A stretch of DNA of 64,000 nucleotides from Phoronis australis (taxonomy: Eukaryota > Animalia > Phoronida), in contig NMRA01000012.1 of NCBI GenBank assembly GCA_002633005.1, positions 1 through 64,000 of the forward strand, in the 5' to 3' direction. Made by a program: the position numbers and the translations under genes. Below the pieces are notes generated by a model. That model saw only the letters and a program-made list of their open reading frames with translations, searched no databases and was not told the origin of the DNA. The stretch's first letter is position 1, and the number at the start of each line of letters is the position of its first letter. Below are positions 51,201-64,000 of the stretch, one piece after another.

Positions 51201-54200
51201 TGACCGGCACTTTGTTTTCTTACCTGACTATTGAGTGGGTAGAGAGGATGTAACCAGACTCACTACCACCACTGTTACACAAGTCACTCTTTGTCTGTAC
51301 AAACACATAACGATTCTCCTGCAGCTTGAAACGGTAAACCATAGAAATGTTGGATCCACTCTTCAAGACTGAAAACAAAGAATGCATGACAATTAACCAC
51401 AAGTAATAGATTTAGTGTTGTAATTCTACATTGCTTTTTCACAGCGTATGAACTGAGACTTACTTCGAAACCTAAGACTTGACGAGACTCCATTTAAGAC
51501 CATGAAAAAACGTGAAGTAACAAGATTTTAATGAAACAGGCCCTAGGACCCATTGTTCATAGAAGTGTAAAAACACCAGTACACCAAGTTTTGTCATCTC
51601 CAACTTCATATATTCTGAAAAAAGTAAACAATGTAGGTTAATTAGAAATTGTTATTTCAATTTTCCTGTAACTGTTACGAAGAAAATGCCTTAGATTCAC
51701 TGTACCACATATGCAATAATTTAAATCCCTGGTAACAACTGCGATGCTAGTGACCTTTACATCCTCAAACAATTTGAGCCCCAAGTGTATCCACAGCTCA
51801 ACATGCTGTCACTATCCGCTTATTCCCGCTTGTACTCTAGCATTTCCCACAGCCAAGGCGGCTGGGGTCAACCCACAGCCTTGGCAATTAAATATGGGTT
51901 TACAGGTAATTTGCCAACAACAGGTGTTTACAGAGTCAATAAGATACAGCGCATCCTTCTCGATTGTGATGAAATTATACCAGTATAAGTCTCTATTTGA
52001 TGAAAAAAAATCAAGAAAATGCCAGTAGCTATTTGCTCTCTTGTAAACAGTCAACACAGCGCACAGGCTTAGTGCAGAGAAATTCATAACACACGCACAC
52101 ACACCTCTGGACTGCAAAGTGAATTTCAACAATTTTTATTATGATGTGGAGAAATAAAAGTATTCCTACAATTACGCGTTATCACACAAGTGTAATTATG
52201 ATGCTTTCCACAGCTTTCTGGGTTGATATAAAAGTATTTTTGTAGCAAACATTTTTAAAAAGTCATACCAGTGAATATCACCTTAATGTTTCTATTGTAT
52301 AGCAGCTTTTAACAACAATAATGAAAATAATAAACAACAATAATGAAAATAAAAACAACAACAACAACAATAGCAAGATATTTACCAGACACACTATTAC
52401 CATCTCTCTGCTGTACAAACCAACAAAAAACCGCTGTCATAACGCGTTGCTACGACTACTCAGAAAAAGAGCATGTATCTACCTGGACACATACTAACTG
52501 TCCTGATTATTAATCTGCAGTGCACAGCCGCAACAATGACAACATTGGAACACCTGCGGCCAGGGCAACAGTCAATATAGCTTTAGACCATTTCAGCATC
52601 CATCGAAGGAAGACATAGACACCATGTGTATCCACACACACCTTTCCAGGGATGAACTGTTATTTAAACAGAGTAACTACTGTCACTAAGCAAACAACCT
52701 GGGCTTTATCCAGAGGAAGATAAGATACAAACATCCTCAAGTTCAAATACCCAACTGACTACAGCACAAGAAAGTGCAGCCATACTGACAATAACGAGAA
52801 CAGATCAAATCCAGCACAAGTGATCTCTCCCTTAAAAGGACAATGACACTTTCTTGTGATTTTCTATGAAATTTACTACTAAGGAGTTAATCAGTGTAGT
52901 CACTAATTATGACATCCTGTTTGTACATTGTCTCTACCATGAGCGACTACATATTCACTAATAGAGGAAGTTAATGAAAAAAAAGAATGGAAAAAAACCA
53001 AAGCGACTCAAATACAAAGCGATGTCCCTGCAATAGGAGCACAAAGTGACTTTGAGTTTACACATTTATACTAGGGCAAAATCTTGCCAATTGCAGACTA
53101 AAATACTTGCCAAAAGTGACCTTTTTCATTTTTCAAGGTCTTCTAAGACTCAGTGATGAAAAGGTACCTTTTCATAGTCTAGTTGGCTTGGTAAACGTAG
53201 CATAAGGCCATTTCCTGGTAATTTTTCATTATCAACTGATTGAAAATTTTCCCATAATCTCCTGTCATTTGGTAGCTAGGTGAGACACCTATGGGCCACC
53301 ACTAGAAAATTGTTTTTTCAAAAATAGTGTCGGATGGTAACTAGGGTACAGAACTAGAGTCTAGTAAAGCATAAACTAGTTGTGACCCATGTTTCCATAA
53401 ACAAACAAAATTTCACTTCTCCTCCACATTGTCTCCTAACTTGGTGACATTAAACTGTAGGTTCATGCCAGCAGCAGCAATGGAAGCATTTCAGAAGTGA
53501 AGACTCATTCAGCCAGGAAAATGTGTTGCCCGTCAGGCGGCAATTTTTATAAACAAATCTTTTGTTTCTTCACAACCAGAATTGCTTTTAAAGTGATAAT
53601 TGGATGTCGAAGCACATTCACTCTCTGCAAGAAATTTAAAGATAAATACAGAATGCCTTCCACGACACGAACGAGTCCTCTAAAGTTAGAAGTTTGGCTA
53701 CATAACTGATACAGAAAACATCAGCAATTTTTAGGGTAACTCGAACCATCACTTGCAACTATTCACATTACTGGCGTTTCAGATACTGGTTGAAGTGCTA
53801 CTAAATACATTGGCTTTTTAGCCATAGTATTAGACGGGTAGAACTATCATTACGTCTGCACCAAATTCTAGCTTTTCATTGCTCGTCAGTGTACTATGTA
53901 TACAACATAGCCTGTCATGTAGACATTATTCATGACTATATTTGCCAACCTTAGCCAAAATATGAAGCCTTCACCTTTTTTACACATCAACTCTAAGCAT
54001 GAACTACCATGCAGTCTATGACTAATTTTTTGAACGCTTGAGTAACATCGACAAATAATACTTTTAACAATGATTTATAAGAATCTCCAATTTGCTCACT
54101 AAACATAAATTTCATAGTAACTGTACAAAAAGTGTAAGGACACCTGAAAGTCTGATTATGACATTAGCATTTCAGGCTCGAAGACATCTCTCTGGCACTG

Positions 54201-57200
54201 AAAAGTGTTTTCAAGGCTATGCCTCAATAAAACTCATTCACCGAGAATTCTTACGCAACAACCCAAGATTGCAATTACGAGGAAGGGAAATCATGGAACA
54301 ACAAAAGCAATCAATAACACCAAACTGCATTGTCAGTTAGGGAGACTGTCCACAGCCACTTCCAATGTCACAAACAGCCATGACTCATCAGAGACAAATT
54401 TCATGCACCTCAGCTGACTTGTGTCCACTGATAACTCTCATAGTCATGCTCTACTAACCCTACACCTGACTGTCTTACACACACAGTTGTTGTTGCATTA
54501 ACCTACTGACCTGTCAACAACAACTAGCCGTCACCAGGGTACTGTAGCAGTGTGGAACCATCCTGGTATCACTGAATGACACTTCATTAGACACTGTTAA
54601 TCAATCAATCAATCAGGTGACCGAGGATTCAACTGACTGTCTTCCACAAACGAGCACTTGCACAAGTACACGCACACTAACACACAAATACACAGTGGCA
54701 CATATGCAGACACCTCTTTTGATTTAATACATGAACAGCAGAGGGCACTGAGTACATTACATACCTGTGGAAACTACTGAACAACATTTGAATCAATTCT
54801 TTGAAATACAAAAGTGGAACTTTTTGCCAAAGAAAACTAAAAAGCCATTTTGCAACAAGCAAAATTTTACCTTCTTTAACTCGAAAATGGACTACCATGA
54901 TACAGAATATTGTGAGACCGATTTCACCTCCTAAGAAACAAGGAAACCTGTTTTGGTTGTCTTATTTTTGAAATCCTTAATGAAGTCCTCAACAGGAGGC
55001 GCTTATCTTTTCAAAATTTCCACAAAAGATGAAACTGTCCAAAAATCAACATTACTGACTTTCCTTACAGGGAACTCATAGGTCATATTTCATGAAGGTC
55101 CATCAGAGAACAGTAGAGGGGGCCAAAGTAATCAGATCCGTCCAAAAATCAACACTTGCTGTGCTTTCCTCAATAGGATCACAAGTGCCAAATTTATGAA
55201 TACACATAAAAGAACATGGTACTGATATTAAAGGCGAAGGCAACCTTTTCTCATGTCATTTTTAGAAAAAACAAAGTTCGTTGATTATCCCAAACATATT
55301 TTTCACTTATTTACTGCTTTTCGTAATTTAATTAATTACTCGTTGTCTACTCCGCAAGTGGCGTTTTTGGAGGCAAGAATTCGCGCCAATTTCTTTTCAT
55401 ATAGTCTGACTGTGAGAGCAGTCGAGTCAGTCATTGCTCTACCTCCGTTGTGATAAGTTCGGTCGTCATTTGCTTTTGCTTACGAGTCAGTCAACATGCC
55501 ACGCTGTTGCTGCGTACTGGGGTGTACTCATTATCGTCTCACGTACAGAGGAAGAACTGTCCCACTTGCCCGAGTGTCCCGCGACACACTCCCACTGGAG
55601 GGTGATCTGAGCACCCAAACTGCTTACATCCCGCCGTGCGACTCCCTCGCCACACACCTGGCACCTTCCAAATAGCTCCAATACAAGTCCACAATAAACT
55701 TATCAAACTTAGGCTCACCGATCTGTTCATTGGATGACGAACTGTCCTCTTCACTGGGTGTCGAACTGGGCCTGTATTCACTCCCACTACTCAACATCGC
55801 TGCAGGGCTGCTTACAGGCTCTGGGCTAGAGACAACAGCACAGGGCGAATCACTGCTAGTTCCCGGAATTGCACGCAATGGGGTACGTTCGGAGGCACGG
55901 GTAACAGTAGATGAAGTGCCTCCAGTCACTGTATATAGTGGCCACAGCTCGCGAGGCTTCTCGCTTCAAAAACGCACTTCTCGGGGTTGGCGATGGGGCA
56001 CTGCCGGGAATCAACAGCAACGGTATGGTACCCTTCTTCAGGCGTTGTTTCGCAGGGACCTTCATCAATTCAGCGTACATAATCTGACGGCAGAAAATGC
56101 TTGCCACACACTCGGTAACCCTCCATTACTTTGTACGTTGCGTGAACGGGTAGCGCTGCGTTCTTCACATGAACGAGCTAGCCAAGAACGGCGAAGTGTG
56201 TCATCCTTCGGAAAGCGACGCAAGGTACCCAAAGCGCGTGTGAGACGATAATGAGTACATCCCGGCACGCAGCAACAGCGTGGCATGTTGACTGACTTGT
56301 AAACAAAAGCAAATGACGACCAAACTTATCGCAAACGAGGTAGAACAATGACTGACACAGTCAGACTATAATGAAAAAGAAATTGGCGCAAAACTCTTGC
56401 CTCCCAAAACGTCACTTCCAAAGTACAGGACGAGAAATTAAATTACGAAAGGCTGTAATTAAGTGAAAACTGTGTCTGGGATAATCAACGAACCTCATTT
56501 TGGCTAAAAGTGACATGAAAAAAGATTGCCTTCGCCTTTAAGGCAAGCACAAAACACACACGTTGACTAAAGAGAGCATCAGAGTAACCAAGATTTGTCA
56601 AAGAAGCGAGTATTTATAAACGTAGACACAAAGAGAATAAATAGCTATCATGTGCAGTAGGTCCAACTAAAATTTAGTCAGTCATACTTCTATTGTCAGA
56701 CACACACGCTCTCAGTTTCAGAGGCATAAGAGATACAGTCACTGATGTTGGATACCTGCGTGAACGCTCCTACTCCTTTACATATGAATAAGAGGGCACA
56801 TGGAAACCACAAAACTTGTAGAATTTGTTCTCTACTCTGACGAATGCAAGTTTTGTGGTTCTACAGGTACACTATCCTGCATGCAACCAACACTATATTA
56901 GGGACGCGACAAAAAATTTCCTTTTCCACATTCAGCAAAGAACTTGGAAAGGTCACAGAATAAGCTTTCCAATGATATATTAACTTTCTGTGTCAAGTGG
57001 TTCAAACGTTATCGCACTTTTAAACATCAAAATTGCACCCATGTAATTGACAATTGTTTCAGTGTAATTTGGTGTTAATACTGGTTACCTTTTTTGGCAT
57101 GTATGTCACAAAAATAACTATAACATGGTCACCCATGGGTCAGTTTTCATTATTCAATTTATTTCTAAAAGCTTACAACACAGAGATTAACCCTATGAAA

Positions 57201-60200
57201 ACATATTTTAAATGTCAAAAACTCAACCAAGATGGCGGATCAAAAATGGCAGCCAACTTTCATTTGTTGACAAAAAAAAATATTATCAATTAGATAAACA
57301 ATCTATTTCTATTCAACAATAAATTGGAAAACTTGTTGGGTCTTCCAAAAGCAAACCACAAATATTTTGCAGCCAATTTCTACTAAACTGAAATTCAAGA
57401 TGGCCGAAACACCGTACCAGAATTGAAGGCAGCTGTCACAAACATTCTTGGAATATAGTCACGTTATGTATCAAACTGATCACAAAACTTAGTAATCACT
57501 ACAGAAAACAATAGCACGGTTGCACTTTTTCTTACTACAATATATTATATACAGGTAATTACTGTAACAATATAAAGTAAGTCTACCCAATCGTTGAGGG
57601 TAGGATACAGCTAAATTAAAAGTTACTTAATTTCGGACAAAAACATTATTGCTGAAATTGACATTTTCCAAAGCTTACTACATTGCTGCAAATGCTCAAA
57701 CTTTTAACAAATGGTTTTGACAGCTGTACAGGGAAAACCATACTAACAATGAAGTAAAGTATTTTTATTCGTTATTTTTCATAGACTTCCAATCTTTTCC
57801 ACCATATTGTATCATATATGGAAGAATTTTTTCGTAGGCAGCACCTAACAATTAATATATTTCCAAATGCATATTCATGTTTTGCTTACTTAAACACAAA
57901 TCAAGTCATTGTTAATCAAATCTGCAGGTAGCTCCTGCTTGTGGACATCGTACTAGACAGCTTTCTCCTCGCCCTCTTCAAATCTTTTCAATAGCTCACA
58001 CTGTACAATTCTTTCCTCTTTTGGAGATTTTCCACTTTTCATGGTACAGTGATCTTTCGACGTTTTCAATCCACATTTTCAAAATCTGTCTGCTTACAAT
58101 ACGAGCAGCCTTAACATCTAGGGTTTGTGTCCAAATCAGGCAAGTCCCTGCTGACCTCTAAAACTTTGCTCTTCAATTTTTCTCAAGTTGCACCCAGCTG
58201 TGTTTCTGTTTTTGTTACTTTTGCCTTTAGTCTCTTTTTCAGTTCTTTGCTCACTTCATCTGCTTGAATTCTTCAGGGTCACGATGCTTCTGTCCAAGAT
58301 GGATAGCCGCTTATATTATACCTATTCTCTTGTCTTCTGTTAAAGCTTTCAAGAAAGGGCAACCGTTCTTTTTTCCTTGGAGGTACGATATCTGTAAAGT
58401 AAAAATATGCTTTTAATAAAAGTAAATGCATGCGACTTGTCCGTCTTATCCACCTGTACAGCATAGACCAATCTGTGGTCTTGATAAAGTATTCTTATTG
58501 CATTCGCAATCCATTATTTCTCAAAACTTTTAAATCACCTGAATTACCAACCCTGATTACTACATGGCTAAAAAGATCACATGCAGTCTATCAAGACATT
58601 GAATCTTGACAGGCTTTGGTAAGTGCAAATAACTGTAACATATTGAAAGTCAAACTGCAAAATCAGCCGATTTAGAATGTAAACAAGAGTCATCGACCAA
58701 TGAAAATAACGTAATAAGGTTACGTGATCCAAAATTCACAAGAAAAATTGAGTCCAAAAACACAAATGCCACAAATTTACTTAAAACTCCGCAGAAGCGC
58801 CGTAAATGTGTCACTGAATGTTAGATGGCCATACAAACAAATGTATGACAGTGGAATCAATTTAAGAAAGCTGAGCCATGAAGCCTCAAATGTATGACAG
58901 TGGAATCAATTTAAGAAAGCTGAACCATGAAGCCTTTCACTGAACGTAAGCCAAGTCTCAGCAACAATGGCTGAACAAGGCAGTCGACAGACTGCTCATT
59001 TTATTATCAAAGCCTAAAATAAATACAATTTCTTAAATATTTCACAGAAAAGATAATAATAGACTGATTAAATTATTGTATGCAAAACATTAGCTAGACT
59101 AACTCACCTTTTGGAAATGTGATCGGTCAAGTTGGACAGCAAACTTTGTCGGCGCCTCAACTCAAAACCACATGGCAAATACAATGAAATGTATGACAAA
59201 TGACACACTAAACATGTGTTCTGCGTCATCATATCATGAGTACAGTTGCTTCCGTTAATTTCATGGGGAAGGAAAGATTTTTTTCAGAGGTCCCTCTGCA
59301 GGCTCGATGAAAAGCAGAATTCAGCACTCGGCCAATATTGGTAAGCAATGCGCGTGCGGTTTGTCACGTTCCTCATACTATGTAGCTAATAAGCCACCAT
59401 AGCAGTTTGCTCACACAAATAACAAACAGACCACCAAATGTGGGTATATTATCTAAATGAAATGTTTGAACACGTAGTCCTGGTCAATTATGAAACTTAT
59501 TTCTAAAGCATAAAGCGGTCATAGTTACTCTCCCATTTTCTTACAAGTATAAATTTCTCAGTAAACCTTAGCAATCGTACACACTGTAAACAGGCTTCCT
59601 AAACAACATGGCTCATGAACCCATAACAGGTCTCGCGCACCTCTAAACTCACATTTTTTACTCACATACAGGCCAGCACCAACAAAACATGGCTAATGCA
59701 TACCAAAAACAAGGCTCATAGATTCACATGACTAAAAATCACACGCACGAGTTCGTGAGCCGTGATTACAGGTGTCAGAGCTCGGTTTGCAGGACAAGAG
59801 CTGTGCTTTTATGAGTCAGTGAATTGAGTGCAACAGAGGACTATGAGCGGTATTCATGAGTGCGCGAGCACTGTTGTTGTGGTAGCCTGATCACAAAGCA
59901 TGCTGCTGCAGATATAGGGCACCAACATTTGATTTCTCCACTAAAGCCACAGTAACATCTAAGAATGCCAGCTTTGACAGAATTCTTACAGATGCCCCTT
60001 ATCTTTGATTCAGTTTCTACATTGCTTATGCCAGAGGCCCCTTTTTCAACAAGGTCTCAATGGTCAAACATAGGCGTGTTGTCATTTTTTCTTAAGAATA
60101 TGTCACAGTCCCATCCAATTTCATTGTTATCAATCCATTCAAAAACATCAGAGCGTTAACTGAGTTAACACCAGTGACTAAGAATACGAATACCTTCTAG

Positions 60201-61083
60201 ACATCTCCCGAGGCAATCTCAAACATCAACATCGACATTTTAGGATGACTTTGGCCAAATCATTCGAAGAAACGAATAAAAATTCATCAGCATCAGATCC
60301 AGTTTACCTCAAAATTTCTCTTTTATTTTGTGTGCACTGCTTACAAGAGCACAGAACATACCACACAAATAAAACAGACACTCAAGTTTTTTCCAAGAAC
60401 AGTTTTGAAATATGACAAAGAATTTCCAGTACACAGTACGGAATGTAACAGTTGGAAGCGTTCTCTACAACCTGATTTGACTTGTGACAATAACATGTTT
60501 GAAATTCAACGTGGCGAGTTCCACCATTTTTCAGCAAAACAGGACATTTTAAACGTGAAGCACCATTCCAAATACCTCAGGTATTTTCGCAGCTTATCAG
60601 AAGTCAAAGTTATCTGCACATTTGCTAATTTCAGTCAAGTGGCTAATCATTCTCTAGCTTGAAAGTCACATGACTTGCCCTAAACTGAAATTGGCTGCCA
60701 AAAACTGAAGCGTTTCGGTTTGGTACCAATTAAGCGCACTAAATTCCAAGAACTTGCATATTTATCTCTCATGTTACGAGCATGAATTTTCTAAAATGTT
60801 CGTGAATTTTGTAATTCTGGTTGAGTTTGAATTTTCTGTTGTGGAGAACACTGTAGTAAATAGCCATATAACTTTTCACGTAGCCATATAAATTGTCACG
60901 TAGCTATATAAATTGTCACATACTGAAAGTTATGAAACCTAACTTGCTGATTAAGTGTTGCAGCTGTGTAACCTACCTTCTTGTAGATGCTTGGAGATAT
61001 TCGATCCATCGTTGACATGACAAAAATCCTTGATGTTTTGGCCAACAAACTCCCCAGGATGATAGTTACTCAGCGTAATGTTG
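36501..61083 (-). CDS. Nuclear receptor coactivator (SRC/p160/NCOA, Taiman-like), partial; 5' bHLH/PAS-A exons not found in this window
   Basis: Phase-consistent minus-strand exons: 61083-60977, 51368-51224, 49559-49039, 47049-46757, 45810-45628, 45295-45206, 44285-43088, 42374-42139, 41181-41077, 40544-40368, 39927-39693, 39027-38835, 38236-38070, 37911-37669, 37285-37125, 36569-36501. PAS-B-like GQNIKDFCHVNDGSNISKHLQE|VLKSG...YRFKLQENRYVFVQTKS...ILSTHSIVR. LxxLL boxes LRRLL, LKSLL, LKRLL, LDSLL, LAELL. CBP-binding-like DDTQLLAQIQQVF...SEIDNLLGI. Poly-Q tracts. C-terminal SLLQQLLSE* as in SRC-1a. Confidence 0.9.
39402..39545. repeat. Two tandem short hAT-like MITE remnants
   Basis: Two ~70-bp units GCAGCAATGAAAAAGTGGGGGGCTA...GGTGCACCGCC and GTAGCACTGAAAGAAGTGGGGGGCTA...GGTGCGCCGCC; related to 851-910. 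Confidence 0.5.
41270..41371. repeat. 41-bp tandem repeat, about 2.5 copies
   Basis: AGTCATGAC(C/A)AGTCACAACTATAACTGC.CTGCAT repeated. Confidence 0.8.
46661..46770. repeat. 110-bp duplication of 46511-46620 across an N gap (46621); probable assembly overlap
   Basis: CACACAAAAATGTGTTTCC...ATACCTGAGGCTGATCCTG occurs on both sides of the N and includes the NCOA splice donor. Confidence 0.85.
47188..48655. mobile_element. pogo/Tc2-type non-autonomous DNA transposon (about 1.47 kb) in an NCOA intron
   Basis: TA TSD; 25-bp TIR CCGTATTTGCCGTAATAACCGCCCA versus TGGGCGGTTATTACGGCGAACACGG; subterminal TAAGCGCCC repeats near 47221, 47248 and 48622; no intact transposase ORF. Confidence 0.85.
55030..55205 (-). 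repeat. Helentron-related core-repeat fragment
   Basis: GTCCAAAAATCAACA is repeated about 102 bp apart; GTAATCAGATCCGTCCAAAA is near the reverse complement of TTTCGGACGGATCTGACTAC at 11391. Confidence 0.45.
55232..56537 (-). mobile_element. Kolobok-like non-autonomous DNA transposon with frameshifted THAP/zinc-finger transposase N-terminus
   Basis: TTAA TSD at 55228-55231 and 56538-56541. Termini AGGCGAAGGCAA...TTGCCTTCGCCT (RR..YY). Imperfect inverted repeats of about 300 bp (55232-55542, 56240-56537). Minus-strand remnants across frameshifts: MPRCCCVPGC...RFPKDDTLRRSW, VCGKHF, RLKKGTIP (THAP), then KFIV..ELFGRCQVCG..CVAGHSGKW. Confidence 0.85.
56899..59296 (-). mobile_element. Possible old DNA transposon with decayed coding remnant
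   Basis: Weak inverted ends AGGGAC..AAAAAATTTCCTT and AAGGAAAGATTTTTTT..GTCCCT; internal CAAGATGGC/AAAATGGC motifs; the minus-strand stretch 58392-57890 after a TTTTACAG acceptor reads as a Lys/Glu-rich protein with several stops. Confidence 0.3.
58838..58935. repeat. 49-bp tandem duplication
   Basis: CAAATGTATGACAGTGGAATCAATTTAAGAAAGCTGA(G/A)CCATGAAGCCT, two copies. Confidence 0.9.
60861..60920. repeat. 20-bp tandem repeat, 3 copies
   Basis: TAGC(C/T)ATATAA...TCAC(G/A) three times. Confidence 0.85.
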
Positions 61084-63539
61084 CTGCAAATGAAAACGAT
61101 CGATGTAAAAGCCAGAAAAAAATCCCTTAACAAGTCTTGTAGAATTGGCAACTAACGAATCAATGCATAACCTAACCTGAATTATACACCAAACATGCAG
61201 TTTCAAGGACTCAGGTAATAGTAATGTCCTGTTTACCCGAGTTAATTGGACTGGCAACTGAAAATCAGCACTTGGGGTGAATTTATTTGGTAAATACAAA
61301 AGGAAAAGAGCTATATAAATACAAAATTGCACAACAAATACTGAATCTTTAATGGTAAAAATCATCTGCTTTCATCATCCAATTAGTTACTAAAATGCAA
61401 TTGTTGGTTGAGAAGTGAACAAAGACATTCAATATCCCAGAACCGATTCTGTCTAAATTCACTTTTAGAATTCTTGTCAACCACCACTAACTTATGTTAT
61501 AACCGATTCGCCTTTAGCAAATCGAGTACGTTGTAATCAACACTCGCTGCACTAGAGAAAAACTTTTTGAAATATTGAAGACAGCATGGTCTGATATTAA
61601 AACCAGTTTAGAATGACTCTGTTTGATACACTTTATTTAATGTTTATGTTTTTTGTGATATCACCAAATTAAGATCTGCACTCAACTACAACACTAGTAC
61701 AGTTGCGCCAGAGAGTGGCATCACTGTCAAATACAGTAAGAATGTATGCAAAACATCCACCTGTCAGAAAGAAGGTACATGATAGCAAAAATTATCTGTA
61801 AAAAAAGAGGAATATCCAGGAATCATACAGCCATATGCCTATTGGTCACATACACATCAATACACATGAAATTGAGGTTTTGCTGACGTTTCCGCATAAA
61901 AAGAAAATAAAAATTTCACGTGTCCCCCATTTTGTACTCTAAATTGGTGAAATTTTACATCGTTGCAATCCTATTGGGTAATAGCAAACAAAATCAGGTC
62001 TTCTATAAAAGCCAAGTTAAAAAAGTCAAAGACTGGCTCCAGCTAAAGGGTCACATTTTAGATATTCTTCTAAAATGTTTAAAAAGGTGACAGTGTGCAC
62101 CCTTGCCTAACATCAGTTAAAGATATAAAGTATTCTTAAAAACCTTCTATAAGAATCCCATTTGACTTGATATCCAGATACTTTCAATTTTTCTCAAAAT
62201 TTTAGAGCTGACAATTTTCCTTTATCATTTTTCCCACAAAATTCTGCAAATACAGTTGAAGGCTATGGAAAAAGCTATGCACTGATTATACATTTTTCTG
62301 CCTGGCTTAGCTAACAGACTGAACTAGTGCGTCTTGAAAGATACATATTGTCAGTTCTCGCATTCCGCACTCCCACTCTTCTCAGCTGTGAGGTAAGATT
62401 ACATTGATTGTATAATGGTTGTGGCGCTATGCGCACAACCGGCTCCGCCGTCTTTTGTCCTTCAGAACCGCTGGGAAGGGGTGAAATGTGACATCCATCC
62501 ATGGACATTTATCTAGCTTATTCCACTTCCTTCAATCGGCATTGCAGCTCACGGCACAGCAGCAACACTCTCCGACATGATTTCAATATGATATAAAATA
62601 TAAAGTGTTCAGATGACAAATGCTAACATGTGAATCTCCATACGAGCAAAAGCGAGGCTGCTGACCTGCCTGCCATATCTGGAGGTGTGCCGCTATTTCG
62701 TACCTCACGGCATGGGAGAGCAATCAATGCGGAAGGCAAGAATTGCGCTCTTACTCTTGTTGTATCTGTGCACCTTTTGACACCACTTATCCACTCTAAC
62801 TGTGTCTCATTTGAAATACAACACATCTGACACAAGGCTAATCAGCAACATTGTCTCAATACTGCGACATAAACATAAATATAAAACCTGCATTGCTAAA
62901 AGTTGTCAGGCGCACCTGCTAGGAGGTACATACTCAACATTTGGACTAGCAAGTCAAAACGTTCAGCAAGTAATTCCTGACCATTTCACCTGTAACGTAA
63001 TCCTTGCGTACATTATCATTGGAATACCGAGGAATAATTAAACAAAAGCAATGATGCTAATTGCCGGCCAATTAAAGCACAAAGGTTCTCCATCAAATAC
63101 AGGGAAGTAAGCAACAGGCTTCGAACATTATTTGCCTTCTCGTTTTATATGATCAAGACAGAAATCCCAATCAACAACAGATGACGTTAAATTGAAAAAT
63201 ATGCCCCTAATAATAACCTAATACGAAAGACTTGTTATATAAGCGTTATGTGAACAAAATTATTCAACAATTGTCACATGACGAGTAACGACACAAAAAC
63301 ACCGTTACCATCAAGCAATTAACTTCTGTAAAACGGAGTCGTGGAATCAAAGCCTGTAAGAAAATCCATCACCAGAACAAAGCATGACATTTGGAAACCA
63401 CAGCACCAAGTGAAACAGTCAATCAACTTGATGCATACCCTCAAACGAGGTACGTGCTAAGCACAATGTACAATGGTGTAGGGCTAGTTAACATCAAGCC
63501 AAATGTACTGAAGACCTATCACAGAATTTGGATATCAAG

Positions 63540-63790
63540 GCAGACACAATCACAATTATCCACTAGGGGTGTCACTGTGATCAGAATCGTCCAAAAAACA
63601 TCACTAACCATACAAGAACTCAGTAGATAATAAGGCAGACACAGAGAGGACTAAAATTGCCACTAGGGGGCATAACATCAGATCTCCTTGAAATTCATGT
63701 TGTCCAAGCTCAATATGAGCGTATCTGCCAACTTTCATGATTCTTCAAGCAGCTGGGCAGATGGGGAGGCCGATGCCAAAACACAGACGT
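63540..63790 (-). repeat. Helentron-related fragment, opposite orientation to 11218-12512
   Basis: CTAAAATTGCCACTAGGGG (63651) is the reverse complement of CCCCTAGTGGCAATTTTAG (11419); a second CCACTAGGGG lies at 63560. Confidence 0.5.
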
Positions 63791-64000
63791 GTAAATAATG
63801 AAAAGGGCTCAGCTGGTGCATCCGTAACTATCGAAGATCTTGGTAGCCTGGGTGTGGAGCCAAAGGTTAAACACTAAAATAGCCACCACGAGATATAGTG
63901 GTGGTCAGACCCGTCTGAAAATCAACAGTAGCTATGTACTCCCAACAGGAATACATCTACCTAATTTCATACTGATCCTTAAAAAAATAATAACACTGGT

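Noticed and set aside
51755-52132. ORF as an additional NCOA PAS exon
   Set aside because: No PAS-like sequence, and exon 61083-60977 already joins 51368 in the correct phase.
62311-62835. Short ORFs as upstream NCOA exons
   Set aside because: No PAS or bHLH similarity and no convincing phase-2 donor matching the 61083 acceptor.

Overview
Intron-rich, AT-rich invertebrate (animal) genomic DNA, not prokaryotic. I traced five protein-coding units by hand through GT-AG junctions and reading phase. (1) BMS1, ribosome biogenesis GTPase, + strand, 18 coding exons, 5078-20608; its last ~1.35 kb is repeated after an N gap, probably an uncollapsed haplotype. (2) HADH, 3-hydroxyacyl-CoA dehydrogenase, - strand, 8 exons, 29540-22563. 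(3) GTF2H5/TFB5, the 72-aa TFIIH p8 subunit, + strand, 2 exons, head-to-head with HADH and absent from the ORF track. (4) An intronless YAE1 ORF starting only 14 nt after the GTF2H5 stop in the same exon, an apparent bicistronic locus. (5) The 3' part of an SRC/NCOA/Taiman-type nuclear receptor coactivator, - strand, 16 exons from PAS-B to the C-terminal LxxLL. Introns hold many non-autonomous DNA transposons: a Kolobok-like THAP element built from two 5' ends, a CAGGG-ended MITE with 6-bp TSDs, Tc1/mariner and pogo-type elements, Harbinger-like MITEs, and a Helentron-like element carrying CTCF-like motifs. The most interesting observation is the GTF2H5-YAE1 arrangement and a possible ABCE1-dependent reinitiation feedback loop. 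Family assignments rest on recalled motifs; no searches were run.
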